Shown here piece by piece: positions 1 to 47,850 of a DNA stretch of 64,000 bases (the first letter of the stretch is position 1; each line of letters opens with the position of its first letter). Under the pieces are notes generated by a model. It had not been told where the DNA came from and ran no database searches. It worked only from the letters and a program-made list of their open reading frames with translations. The stretch is from assembly GCA_002269645.1 (NCBI GenBank), contig NIVC01002986.1, positions 62,001 to 126,000 on the forward strand, written 5' to 3'. A program made the translations under genes and the position numbers. Source of the stretch: Macrostomum lignano. Lineage: Eukaryota.

Positions 1-94
1 GAATTGACTGCTGAACTATTTTCACCTGAAAGGAATAATTAAAATAAATAATTAATTAAAAGATGCTTGACACCATGGCGAAATGTATTCGACG

Positions 95-335
95 ACATCG
101 GCTCACAACCAGCAATTCTGTGCAGCTCTCTGACTTCTGAGTACATACAAGCACGCCAATACTGTACGCAGGCACGCTCTCTGTGCCCTGGGGGTTGGCC
201 CTCATAGAGGTGAACGCGCGACAACCCCACCGGCCAATTTTCTTTCACAAGTGGCCGAGCGTCAAGCGAATTTAGGCGCGCATGGAATCGAACTAGAGGA
301 CGTGGCTTGAATGTGAGACGGCTGCTCCGACCACA
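95..335 (-). mobile_element. Diverged tRNA-SINE related to family A
   Basis: Shares tgtgccctgggggttggccctca with family A; the minus strand has TGGTCGGAG and GTTCGATTCC box-like motifs. Confidence 0.5.
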
Positions 336-589
336 TTAAAATAGTCTGAATAAATTCACTAAGCTAAAATCATGTTGATTTCAAACCTGCATGAAAATTT
401 CTTCTATAACCTTTCACGTTAGATAGATGCAAACTGAAGAAGGACGCGGTTTCATAGTAAAAGAAACTGAAAGTCGAATGCTAAGAGCCTTTTGAGCTGA
501 AATTTTAACCCTTTGGCAAACAAAGCAAACAATACGAGCGTATATGCGTTAATTTTTTCAAGCATTCCTTAAACCGAATTTTCTCTCAC

Positions 590-36478
<35,889 letters not shown>

Positions 36479-37623
36479 GATGGAAGAAGCTTTGATACGC
36501 TGCACACCTCGTGCGCTTGCAGCATTTTCACTTATGTAGAGGTTTTTGGCATGTGTTGCGAGTTGAGTGAGGTAAGAAAAAATAGCAATTTAGGTTACCC
36601 CAAGGGAGAAACTATAGCTCACAATTTAAAATTGTCCAGTGGCACACTTATCGTCTTAAGATATCTACATAGCTAATCTAATCAGTGTTTTTAGCGTTTT
36701 TAAATTTTAATTATCATAAAATTGCTGACAATTAACATTTTCTCACAAAAATAATACATAAAATAATTACATGTTGTTTCATTTTATCACTTAAACTATT
36801 TCAAACCCGGAAAACAATTTCGCTTTTATACTGATTATACTGGAATATTGATTTGGCAGAAATATTTTTTAATCCACTCAGAAAAACAGCTTGAATCTAG
36901 GCTTGTATGCATTTTAGGTATCATAAAATATGCGCGTCTTAATCAGATTTCCCAGAGAGACAGAAACCAAGCGGAATTTCCTGCTGGAAGAAAGAAACTA
37001 TATATAAACTTGCTCTTTGTGCCAAATTAGCTCGTAGTTAGCAAGTGAGTTTATCCCAGAACGCAGGACCGATTCAAATAAAAAGTATTTGGTAGTATTT
37101 GGTACTATCTATCTATTTATCTATCTATCTATCTGGACCTAAGAATATTATTAATACATGTAGTGAACTTAGGACTACTCAAGTAAGCTTGGACGGGAAA
37201 CTTACGATGGGAAACTATATACGTTTTTTGAACAAAAAATAGGAGGCAGGTTTTACCGAAACAAAACATTACGGATTTGTTCTTTTTTCAGCACAAAAAA
37301 AGTTATTACTTTTGATAGGAAGCAAACGCAATGTAATTCATCTTGTTTTACCTTTCCTAAATTCTTATAGCCCTATATAGCTATTGTATTCATGAAGCTT
37401 TCGTTCAGCAGAAATTAATTCGTTTCTATAATGTTGGTGGGATAGTTTAGTCGGGTTTTTAAAAAGTAGTGATCATTATAGTTCCAAACAAAAATCAGCT
37501 CTATATAGCACAGTGGACATGTTGTCTTTGCGTTTGTGCATATATGCATAAATGCAAACAAATGCAAATGTACATAAAATTGCAAGGTATAAGAGATCTC
37601 TATAGAGTGCTGAGACATCTTGG

Positions 37624-37651
37624 CAGGGACTACAGAATTGAGTAGTCCCTG
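37624..37651. mobile_element. 28-bp hAT-like TIR-TIR relic with 8-bp TSD
   Basis: CATCTTGG|CAGGGACTAC AGAATTGA GTAGTCCCTG|CATCTTGG: perfect 10-bp TIRs starting CAGGG and a perfect 8-bp direct repeat. Confidence 0.7.
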
Positions 37652-38767
37652 CATCTTGGAGTTCTGGGATGTCTGATCAAACTTAATAAGAAAGTGAGGC
37701 TTTTAAAATACCTCTGCTATGCATAGTTGGATGAATGCTATAGTGTCACTTCGGGGTAATTATTGCTATTTGCACGACTATTATACATGTAAGTTATATT
37801 ATTCGTAAATATCGTATAGTAAAGAGTACCATGCATATATTGGTTTTGCCTTCGTCTATTCTAACGAATGCATTCTAATTCTAAAATCTAATTTAATTCA
37901 TCATTTATACATGTGCCATCATCATCAGCTCATATTAATTCATAACTCCATGTAACTATATGACAGCTTTGTAATTTTGCATCATACTGTAAAATCAGAG
38001 GTGTAGAGATGTGTGCGCATTCTGGGATGAAGCGGAATTGACAAACGTTGCTGATTTATTCATATACTTCGGAGTCTCTTTTTTAACCAAGCTTATTTAT
38101 AGATTGTCTTGAAGAGAATTGGCAGCTCCAAAAGTTGAAGGAGTGTGGAATTTTAATCAAGTCAACTGGGCTGAAAGGTTAAATATTAAAAAAGCTAAAG
38201 CCACCATGGATTTTAGCTACCAAGTCTCTCGGCAAGTATAATTAATAAATCATGTCAAGAGATTTTCTGTCAACTTCTTCAAGGATTAATCCTTCTAGCT
38301 TCTCAAAATTAAGCAGTGCGTCCCGGGTACGAGTAGATGATGGTTACAACGGAGTAAAACTTAATTAAAATTTGAGTCTGCCGAATACTTTTACGACGCA
38401 AGCACAGCTACAGAAGGTATGCATGCGAACTTAAGGCGTGTTTTGGAAGGAAAAATCAATCAACAGAATAAGTGGTACTCGAACCAAAAACGAATTGATT
38501 AAGCCCAAAAAAAGAAAAAGATGTGAAAGCCTTGATTGACCATCTTTCACCAATTAGGGGCTTGGGGAGTTGTACCAGGTGCCCGCAGCCGTGCTGTAGT
38601 ATAAATAATAATGTTTTTATTAAAATTCGCCTAATGTTAAGAAGCTCTTGTGTTGGCAGAGTGCCCCAGTCATTCAGACTGCCTGAGATACCTCATGAGC
38701 CTCATAGAGCAGTTTGCAATTGCTCGTGTCTATTTCACGGAAAATGTGAAATGCCTAATGGGCTTAA

Positions 38768-40288
38768 GTGCCCATACTGATGAGCAATCAGTGCCCATAC
38801 TGATGAGCAATCAGTGCCCATACTGATGAGCAATCAGTGCCCATACTGATGAGCAATCAGTGCCCATACTGATGAGCAATCAGTGCCCATACTGATGAGC
38901 AATCAGTGCCCATACTGAGATGAGCAATCAGTGCCCATACTGATGAGCAATCAGTGCCCATACTGATGAGCAATCAGTGCCTATACTGATGAGCAATCAG
39001 TGCCCATACTGATGAGCAATCAGTGCCCATACTGATGAGCAATCAGTGCCCATACTGATGAGCAATCAGTGCCCATACTGATGAGCAATCAGTAACCATA
39101 CTGATGAGCAATCAGTACCCATACTGATGAGCAATCAGTGCCCATATTGATGAGCAATCAGTGCCCATACTGATGAGCAATCAGTGCCCATTTTTTTATT
39201 AGAGGCAGGGGGGTTGTGTGCACCCTGGCGCACTTTAAGCGACATAGGCACACAACCGACAAGAGGCATTACTGCCCATTCCGCATACTCCCCTGAGCAG
39301 GCATACATGTACAAGCGCGCGGATACGTACGCAGGCACACACTCACACAGGAGTGTACAGCGGCCCTAACTTTATATTATCGTTAGGCATGTACACTTCA
39401 CTGCACCTTGGGGGGTTGGCTCTCAAGGCCGTTAATTGCACGAGCAGAGCCAAGCCGAGATTCCAATTCAGCCCCAAATTAATGTGACTGCACTTGGAAT
39501 CGAGCCTGGGTCGCTGGCACACCAGAGCAGCTGCGCTACCGCTGGGCTACGGCCCCCAATCAGTGCCCATACTGATGAGCAATCAGTGCCCATACTGATG
39601 AGCAATCAGTGCCCATACTGATGAGCAATCAGTGCCCATACTGATGAGCAATCAGTGCCTATACTGATGAGCAATCAGTGCCCATACTGATGAGCAATCA
39701 GTGCCCATACTGATGAGCAATCAGTGCCCATACTGATGAGCAATCAGTGCCCATACTGATGAGCAATCAGTGCCCATACTGATGAGCAATCAGTGCCCAT
39801 ACTGATGAGCAATCAGTGCCCATACTGATGAGCAATCAGTGCCCATACTGATGAGCAATCAGTGCCCATACTGATGAGCAATCAGTGCCCATACTGATGA
39901 GCAATCAGTGCCCATACTGATGAGCAATCAGTGCCCATACTGATGAGCAATCAGTGCCCATACTGATGAGCAATCAGTGCCCATACTGATGAGCAATCAG
40001 TGCCCATACTGATGAGCAATCAGTGCCCATACTGAGATGAGCAATCAGTGCCCATACTGATGAGCAATCAGTGCCCATACTGATGAGCAATCAGTGCCTA
40101 TACTGATGAGCAATCAGTGCCCATACTGAGATGAGCAATCAGTGCCCATACTGATGAGCAATCAGTGCCCATACTGATGAGCAATCAGTGCCCATACTGA
40201 TGAGCAATCAGTGCCCATACTGATGAGCAATCAGTGCCCATACTGATGAGCAATCAGTGCCCATACTGATGAGCAATCAGTGCCCATA
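38768..40288. repeat. 23-bp satellite (tgatgagcaatcagtgcccatac)n, split by a SINE at 39192-39556
   Basis: Direct reading. Confidence 0.97.
39192..39556 (-). mobile_element. tRNA-derived SINE (family A) inserted in a 23-bp satellite
   Basis: Minus-strand head GGGGGCCGTAGCCCAGCGGT...GGCTCGATTCC (A/B-box-like), A-rich tail, 14-bp TSD caatcagtgcccat; second copy at ~53610-53990. Confidence 0.8.
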
Positions 40289-40727
40289 GAAATGATAGAA
40301 ATGAAAAAATACATAAATGAATGAATTAAATTCTACAGTTTTAATGTTTAATGTATTTAGCTTCAGAGCAAATGTACTAAAATAGAGTATTAAAACTCGC
40401 TCGTGAGGGAGAGGGATTTCAAATCGGGCTCAGTCTGCATACGAACCTAAACCACTTTTTCTATACTCGTATTTTCCTTTCAATAGGCTCATAAAAAATT
40501 CTAAGGTAATAATTGCTTTGCCCAAAGATAAACATAGCCGCTTTAGAATTAACTGATGCGAGGGGTCGATATTGTTCATTTTTCCTGTGAAACGTCATTT
40601 GAAAACAATTCAACTGCTGAATGACAGCCGTACAGTCAGAAAAAAGAAACTATTCAAAAAAATCACACTGCACTGATGTGTAGTCATGTGTAGTACTGTC
40701 GCACAGAGACTGACTGATGGGGAGGGG

Positions 40728-40860
40728 TATAGGGAGTGTCTCATTGGGAATGGCTCATGGGGAGTGTCTCATGGGGAGTGTCTCATGGGAAGTGTCTCAT
40801 GGGGAGTGACATAGGGAGTGATTCATGGGGAGTGATTTACATGTATTGGGAGTGACTCAT
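40728..40860. repeat. Degenerate 14-bp G-run repeat (ggggagtgtctcat)n
   Basis: Direct reading; G-quadruplex potential. Confidence 0.75.
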
Positions 40861-41314
40861 GTGTAGTATTGTCTCACAGGAAGAGTATATAGATGTGTAA
40901 TGGAGAGGGACTCATAGGAAGTGAATCATTTGGAGTGACACATGGGGTGGTACGATCATAGCTGGTGAGTCAAACGATCTCTGCATTTAATTAAGCGTCT
41001 GTGGATAAGAGTGACTTCTAGAGAGTGACTGAGTTAAATGCAGTAATCAAAAGGAAAATAGAATGCAAAATTAGAGTACCATTTATAGTTGAATGCATCT
41101 TTCAAATAGCCCATAAAAAGGATCTTCGCAGTCAAGCCAATTAAACTAATTGGTTTAAACTGAACTCTTTAGTTTTAACGATAGATCCAAAAATATCGAC
41201 TATTTTTTATTATCGAACGATATTTCGAATCTTTTTCTGGCTTATTAAAAATCAAACTGACAGAAAAAAACGTTTAATGAGATTTATTTTAAACGAAAAG
41301 CGATTATGAATCTA

Positions 41315-42496
41315 CGAGGGATTTTCCATAAGTACTTATACTTATGCATGCTGCTAATGAACTACTCAACCGATCATCTCACAGCCTTGGTGTTGATGGA
41401 AAGCGCCTTTATCATTCTATCATTTGACGCAAGAACCATCTTATTTAGTCAACTTGTTTAAAATTTACAACACAATATGCAGTCAAGGGTCACCCGCGAA
41501 CTTACAAGAAATTCGAAGCCAAGAATGCCAACAGTAAACGATAAAAACCGAAACACATGGTGAATGAAATGAACGCTGGTTTCTCGGTCACTCGTCCTCG
41601 GTGGGTACAGAAGCCTTCTCAATGTAGTTGCCAGCTGAGTTGATGCACTTGGTCCATCGGGTGAGCATGCTGTCGATGTCTTCTGCGTACAGCTGTCGGG
41701 GATAATATGCAGCAGAACTTCCTCCTCGATCTGATCCCTGTGGTCGTAAACACGGCCTTTCAGGTGGCGCTTCAGCTCTGGGAACAAAGCAAAGTCCGCT
41801 GGAGCCAGGTCCCGTGAGTAAGGAGGATGGGGCAGAACCATAAATTTCAGCTTGCTGATTGCCTCCGCTGTCCTTTGTGCCATATAAGGTCTTGCATTGT
41901 CGTGGTGGAGAATGAAAGGTTTTGGTTTTGCCCGGCGCTAGTTTTGGATGTCTTGATGTCTTGCTTACCGCACTAGCACCATGAATATTGCGCAACTCGG
42001 CATAGATCTCCGACCGCTTCTTTCTAAGCTTCCAAAGAGTGAAAATCGCAGCACGTTGTCCTGCGATTCACATCCATGGTGCACATCCATGGTGGAACAA
42101 CAAACAAGGCTGGGAATGTCGCTCAAGATTGCAAAAAGCCAGTATGAAGAAACAAAGTTCTCAGCTAAGCTGATGCCAGTATTTTCCATAGACAAATATT
42201 ATCAGATGCACTATGAGGGGTGTTGTGAAGCAAAGAATAAAATTTTGGGCAGTATCTGAAATAAATCAGAATGCTGAAAACCGATTTATAGCTCCAAAAA
42301 AATTATTGTAAGTCTGAGGGTGACCCTTGACTGCATATTGTGTTGTAACTTTTGAACAAGTTGACTAAATAAGATGGTTCTTGCGTTAAATGATAGAATG
42401 ATAAAGCCGCTTTCCATCAACACCAAGGCTGCGATGATTGGTTGAGTAGTTCATTAGCAGCATGCAAAAGTATAAGTACTTATAGAACACCCCTCG
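41315..42496 (-). mobile_element. Defective mariner (DD34D) transposon with ~180-bp TIRs and TA target duplication
   Basis: TA|CGAGGG...CCCTCG|TA. 41315-41494 is the inverse of 42319-42496. Transposase remnants ILHHDNARPY...HPPYSRDLAPADFALF (34 aa between the Asps) and LTRWTKCINSAGNYIEK lie in different frames. Confidence 0.93.
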
Positions 42497-43345
42497 TATC
42501 TTCAATGGGTTTCGGCTGTCAACTTTGAATTTTATAAATTCACTCTAGAGCCACAAGCTAAGCGCTAAACGCGACTTTAGAAAATTGCTTTGGAAAATTT
42601 ATTTCCACAGCTTCGTCATCACTTTAACAACAATCGAAAGAGAGATTCTTGCAAAAAATGTCAATTTTGAAAAGGTCGGTTTTGTTATGTCCAGCGATTG
42701 TGACCCATTGTGATGGCATGTTCGACTGTATGCGGAGATGTCTAAATATGTTACAAGCCTCGGTGCTCACAGACCTTATGATTTCGCATCCATCTGTCAA
42801 ATGACATTAAATAACATTTAAACACTGAATAACAATCAGATAACGGGATGTCCCTTTTTTATCTGTTTTATTGGACTAATCTGCTTACATGTACTTGATG
42901 CCTGTTTCACTATCCATCATTTTTTAATCATTTCAAAATGTTCAATCCAATTAAGCAACCCAAGCCAAATCATACGGTCTCATTGCAAAAATTTGCCATC
43001 TACAAAAAAACAAGTTTACAAAAACAATTTGTTATTTTCACGTGCAAGCGGATTAGCATGCGTTCCAGGCAGCTGGATAAACAAGACTCAGATCGTGTTT
43101 CTCGCCTCAGGGATTTTTTCCGAATTGAAAAACCCGACCTGCGACGCGAGGCAGAACCGTGAAAGATTTTAAACGAGAATGGTGTCCTGAATGAACAAGT
43201 GCGGTCAACTCGTGATTAAAAATACGAGTAATTAATTACATTTTTTATGGAGATTGATGCTGTTTTTACTTTTCACTTCAAGAGAACTTAATTTACAAAG
43301 ATCTTAGAGTTTTTGAAGATCTGTTTCAGTTCTACGGAATGGAAA

Positions 43346-43590
43346 GGGGGTTGCAGCCCAGTGGTTAGAGCGTCTGACTCACGACTTGAAGGTCGGGGGT
43401 TCGATTCTCGATCCCACTGGAACAATTTGTCCGTGAGCCAAGACACTTAACTCTGCATTGCTTCAGTTCACCCAGCTGTAAAATGGGTGCCAGCATTAGC
43501 TGGGGTAATTTAGGGTGTGCGTGGCGACCCCAGTTCTTGGGAATAGCGGTACGCAGCATTTAGATGCAATAGCTTCCGAAAATATTATTA
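43346..43590 (+). mobile_element. tRNA-derived SINE with a CORE/Meta-type central domain (family B)
   Basis: Head GGGGTTGCAGCCCAGTGGTTAGAGCG...GGGTTCGATTC, followed by GAGCCAAGACACTTAACTCTGCATTGCTTCAGTTCACCCAGCTGTAAAATGGG, similar to the MIR core GGGCAAGTCACTTAACCTCTCTGAGCCTCAGTTTCCTCATCTGTAAAATGGG (recalled consensus). Confidence 0.75.
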
Positions 43591-45238
43591 CATGTACTGT
43601 TATTCCATTCTATCTTTATGTCTGAAGCTTGTCCTGCGATTCACGTCCACGAGCGCATCAAATACTCGTATCAAGCAGATTTAATCAAGTAAAGTAGATA
43701 AGAAACGGACATAAAATTCGTTGTTCCAGGTATCTCCAGGATCGCTGTTGAAATAATAAATAATAATCTGTCTGCCGCTGTCGAAGCTCTGGAAATGAAT
43801 TCTTCAGAGCAATTTTACGAGCTAGGAAATGGATACGTGCACCAACCTGTTCGTTCTTATCCGCAAGCAGTTTTATTATCAATCTATTCTACGAAATAAA
43901 GGATTTCTTCAGCCCGCTTATCTACGCACGATTCTCCTTGCTCCCATAAGCGCGCGGACTTGTGCGCTTCTCATCAATCTTCTCAGCAATCGTGCGTTGA
44001 AAATGAATTAGCGAATTGGAATTGGGTAGAAATTGCTCCGCTGTCTGCCGCTAATCCAGACTAACTATGCTTAATTCTTCACTTGAAGACCATCCCCTCC
44101 CCGGCAAGGCCTCGGGAAATTCTGCGAGTGCATGCGGATAATAAGTCCGATTGGCAAGCAGGCGGCTTTCTAGTCACGAACTCAGCCGTTGACTCGAGGA
44201 ATCATTTTAGTCTTAAGGAATGAATCAAAGTTAGATAAAATTCGTCCAGAGTCCAGTCCCGTATCCGGAATGGAAAACCCTAACTGAAGATTGCTGGATT
44301 CCCAATCTATCTGGACCGATGTGGGCTCACACTTGATCCGAGTTTTCGGAGAGCTAGCATCAGATATTAGTAAGTCCTTTCTCTGGAAAATCTAATGAAG
44401 TCGGATGCTCTTCTCTCGTGAGTTCATTTGCTAGATCTGTTTCTTTAGCAGAGCAGATGTGGGATCTCAGGAAATGGCATTTCTAGCCAGAAACTGATTG
44501 CTCGACAGTCGAACACAGCTTCCGGTATTTTAGGCCGTGGAAATAAGAGCAGCAGTTCATGCGTTCATCAAACATGTACTCTCTCCTCTGTGCCTTGGAT
44601 GTTGGCCTTCTAGAACGCGTGTTGAAGCCAGGAACTGAAAGTTATCGATGTAAGACACATTCAAATGTCGCTGCACTCGGTCCTCGAATTCATCGCAAAG
44701 CTTCGCAATTTTGTCTATCGGATAAGATTTCAAATATCCCTGAAGCACAAAGCATACAGCAGGATTTACAATCGTCAAAAACTTCAAATAAAGATTTAGG
44801 CAAGCAAAATAAATTCGACACACGCAAATGTAGTCACGTGGCGTCAGACGGTTTTGAAGCAGCTCCACGTTTTGCGCTTTTGCGAAAATGTCATCATAAA
44901 CTGCTACAGCAAGGAGGGCGTAGGAAATTCTTTGATAAGACAAAGCTTGAAACATGGCATCCTGCATGAATTCGCGAATTGGAAAGACACGCAACGGAGC
45001 TAATGAAAAAATACAGTTATAGCAACCGCTGGTTGGGGCAGTCAGTTAGGAAATTGAAACCAGCAAAGCGAATCCCTATTGGCTAAGAAGCGGAGCCCAC
45101 TCTCTCCCTAACCCCAGCCAGATGAATGTAGCCCATATTAGGACTGTTCGCAGTGAAAGACGGCTCATTTAATCTCTGTGTCTGCACCACAGCCAAAACC
45201 TTAAAAAAAACGAAGTATTTCAGCGACCAATTCGAAGA

Positions 45239-46462
45239 ATGTTCGAAGGCGCATTTCTAATTAAGTATTACCAGTTAAACAGCAATGTGTGCGCCGCGAT
45301 CCGTTGGAAGCTTGAGAACATCAGTGGCAGCGAATACCTTGATCCGTACTGCAACGAGTACGACGTAGGCATGTCGGGCACGTTTCTGCCGGTGAGCCTG
45401 ATCGGCCTTCTGCTAAGCCTATTCAGCGCCTGCATCTTCTTGGGCCAGCGTCAACGCACTTCTTTCCGCACTAGCTTAGTTGCACTGTCTCTGGCCACCA
45501 GCGGCTACATGCTGCTGGCCTCCATAGACTTCATCAACGTACTGTCTGGCGCTTGCCTCTACTGGCGCGACCCGAGGCGCCGGCCTCAGGTCCTGGTGGC
45601 GGCAGTTGCTTGCGTACTCTGCGACTGCCTGCTCTGCCTGCGAAATTGGTGCAATCTGCTCATGACTGCACAGCGCACCGAGGCTTTAATATTCCCGTTG
45701 CGCGTCAATAAGCTGTTAAATAAGCGCAACTTTGTTGCCACCCTGATATTGCTGATTTTTCTGCTTCTGCCCATGTCTCTTGTGCGCTCGTTCGCCGAGT
45801 TTCTGGTGGTCTGCAGCGACTCGCAGAACAGCTTTGCTAGCGTCGGCTATCCGCTGCAACGCGACGACAAAGCCGACATTGTCGATCTCGAGTCGCACTA
45901 TAGCTACCTGTACACGCAGGAGTGGTTCGAGTTCTACGAGGCGCACGTGTTCTTCACTGTCCAGACGATCATCCCGGTGACCTGCGTGATGGCCTTCTCC
46001 GTGGCAATGTCGGTCACGATGCTGAAGAATCGCGGCGGCGGTGGCGGCGGAGGCGATGGTGGCGCAGCTTCGGCGGTCCCGTCGCAGAGCAAGCGGAACA
46101 AGGCGCGCGCCAGTCGAACCGTGCTGTGTCTGGCTATCATTTTCAGCGCACTGCAAATGCCCAGCTACCTGGGCCAACTGCTCATGACTAGCGGCTGGCT
46201 CAACTTTCTATTCCAGGATAAGAAATTTCAATTCGTAGCCGAGCTGTCGCTGTTCCTAGACTCGATCTTCAATATATTTGTCTACGCCTATTTTGTGCCG
46301 GATTTCAAGCTGTTCTTTGTCCGCGCCTGGCGCCGGCTCACCTGTCAACAATTGCCGGAGTCGCGTCGGCTACCGCCGGGATGCAGCAGCGACTACAGCA
46401 GGCGGGTGCAGGACAGCGTCCCAGAGACAAGGGCTCTGCGCGCGACCGGCAGGACCGACTGA
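45239..46462 (+). CDS. Intronless class A (rhodopsin-like) GPCR, orphan/peptide-receptor-like
   Basis: 407-aa ORF with seven hydrophobic segments; TM3 TAQRTEALIFP (DRY position), TM6 FSALQMP, TM7 DSIFNIFVYAYF (NPxxY position); GC-rich coding composition. Start Met uncertain. Confidence 0.88.
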   Translation: MFEGAFLIKYYQLNSNVCAAIRWKLENISGSEYLDPYCNEYDVGMSGTFLPVSLIGLLLSLFSACIFLGQRQRTSFRTSLVALSLATSGYMLLASIDFINVLSGACLYWRDPRRRPQVLVAAVACVLCDCLLCLRNWCNLLMTAQRTEALIFPLRVNKLLNKRNFVATLILLIFLLLPMSLVRSFAEFLVVCSDSQNSFASVGYPLQRDDKADIVDLESHYSYLYTQEWFEFYEAHVFFTVQTIIPVTCVMAFSVAMSVTMLKNRGGGGGGGDGGAASAVPSQSKRNKARASRTVLCLAIIFSALQMPSYLGQLLMTSGWLNFLFQDKKFQFVAELSLFLDSIFNIFVYAYFVPDFKLFFVRAWRRLTCQQLPESRRLPPGCSSDYSRRVQDSVPETRALRATGRTD

Positions 46463-47544
46463 ACCTCGTCAAGGCCTGGAAGCGCCCCGGATATAAGGAA
46501 CTGAAATACTTTCATAATGAATAATGAACTTAGACTGTCCTTGACACTTAATACCACCGCCCAGGCATGCGCGAACCACTTCACCGTTTTGAGCTCCATT
46601 GTCAGCCGCCCTGTCAATCTGTCAGACATACATTTGACGAAGAGGAATTTTGCACTCTACTCCAGTCCTCTCTGCCTTCATAGTTGCTGTCCCACTCTTC
46701 TAAATTCCCAAATACTCTTATAGTTTTCCTCTCTGCTTTGATTCCGCTTTCTGGCACGTAGAGAAGTACGTAAATATTTTCGCGATTTTTCAGATGATCA
46801 AACTCAAAATAGATAGTTAATTCAACTGTGGAACAAAAACATTTTCGTGATCATTTTATTTTTGCCGCTTCCGATTCACTCATTAAAACTCACGATTAAA
46901 ATCTTTTGTCCAAAATGGAATCCAAACAATTTCCTCTCTGCTTTTTTCTAAATTTTTATGAATTCTGAGTTCTCTAGTCCTCTTTAACAACATAGAGAAT
47001 AAAAACACAATGTATTATTTAATTAGCTTGGTCCCGCAAATGGAGCAAACTGACATGCTCCAAACAGAATCATTATCATAACGCAACTTCATCCGTTCGG
47101 GAGCGGATGGGTAGATTAAATAAATTTGCATTAGGATTCAGTAGCAATATGCCCCCTGGCCTTCGAGCCTTGGCGGTTTATTTGTCTGCAAAGCTTAATA
47201 TCTTGTCGTATCATTGATCTGATAATCTCTCTATCCATACCAGCTGCAGATACATATCTAGATTCACTCGCTGTGAACCTCCCGGGAGGCAACAATAAGC
47301 ATTGAGCAGTATTCTCGTAAAATAATTTACGAGCTACTTTCTCGATTGATAATGGTAGAGAATAGCAGTATCCTGGATGATTTAATTTATACACTAGCGC
47401 TTTACGTCAGAGGAACCTATACGCGCGATGTAAAAGTACCAATTTATCTGGGATCAACGTCAAGACGTCAGATTGCTTTACGGATACTCGTAAAACTAGA
47501 ACGAAGCTAAACTTGCAAAAAGCACCAGACTTTTTCGCATTTAA

Positions 47545-47850
47545 TTTTGAACTAAGGGACAACCAAAAGTGACAAATCGCAATTCAATTTTGAACTAGGG
47601 ACAACCAGGTGTGACAAATCGCAATTCAATTTTGAACTAAGGACAACCAAAAGTGACAAATCGCAATTCAATTTTGAACTAAGGACAACCAAAAGTGACA
47701 AATCGCAATTCAATTTTGAACTAGGGACAACCAAAAGTGACAAATCGCAATTCAATTTTGAACTAAGGACAACCAAAAGTGAAAAATCGCAATTCAATTT
47801 TGAACTAGGGACAACCAAAAGTGACAAATCGCTATTCAATTTTGAACTTT
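47545..47850. repeat. 42-bp minisatellite, ~7 copies
   Basis: Unit aactagggacaaccaaaagtgacaaatcgcaattcaattttg. Confidence 0.95.

Noticed and set aside
38768-40288. CRISPR-like array of palindromic 23-bp repeats (also considered for the 47-, 42-, 37- and 35-bp arrays)
   Set aside because: Units are contiguous with no unique spacers, there are no cas genes, and the context is eukaryotic.
43346-43420. tRNA gene
   Set aside because: A/B boxes are present but the acceptor stem does not pair and the sequence continues into a SINE core; it is a SINE head.
47131-47394. 87-aa ORF
   Set aside because: TTG/GTG-type start, no domain or splice evidence.
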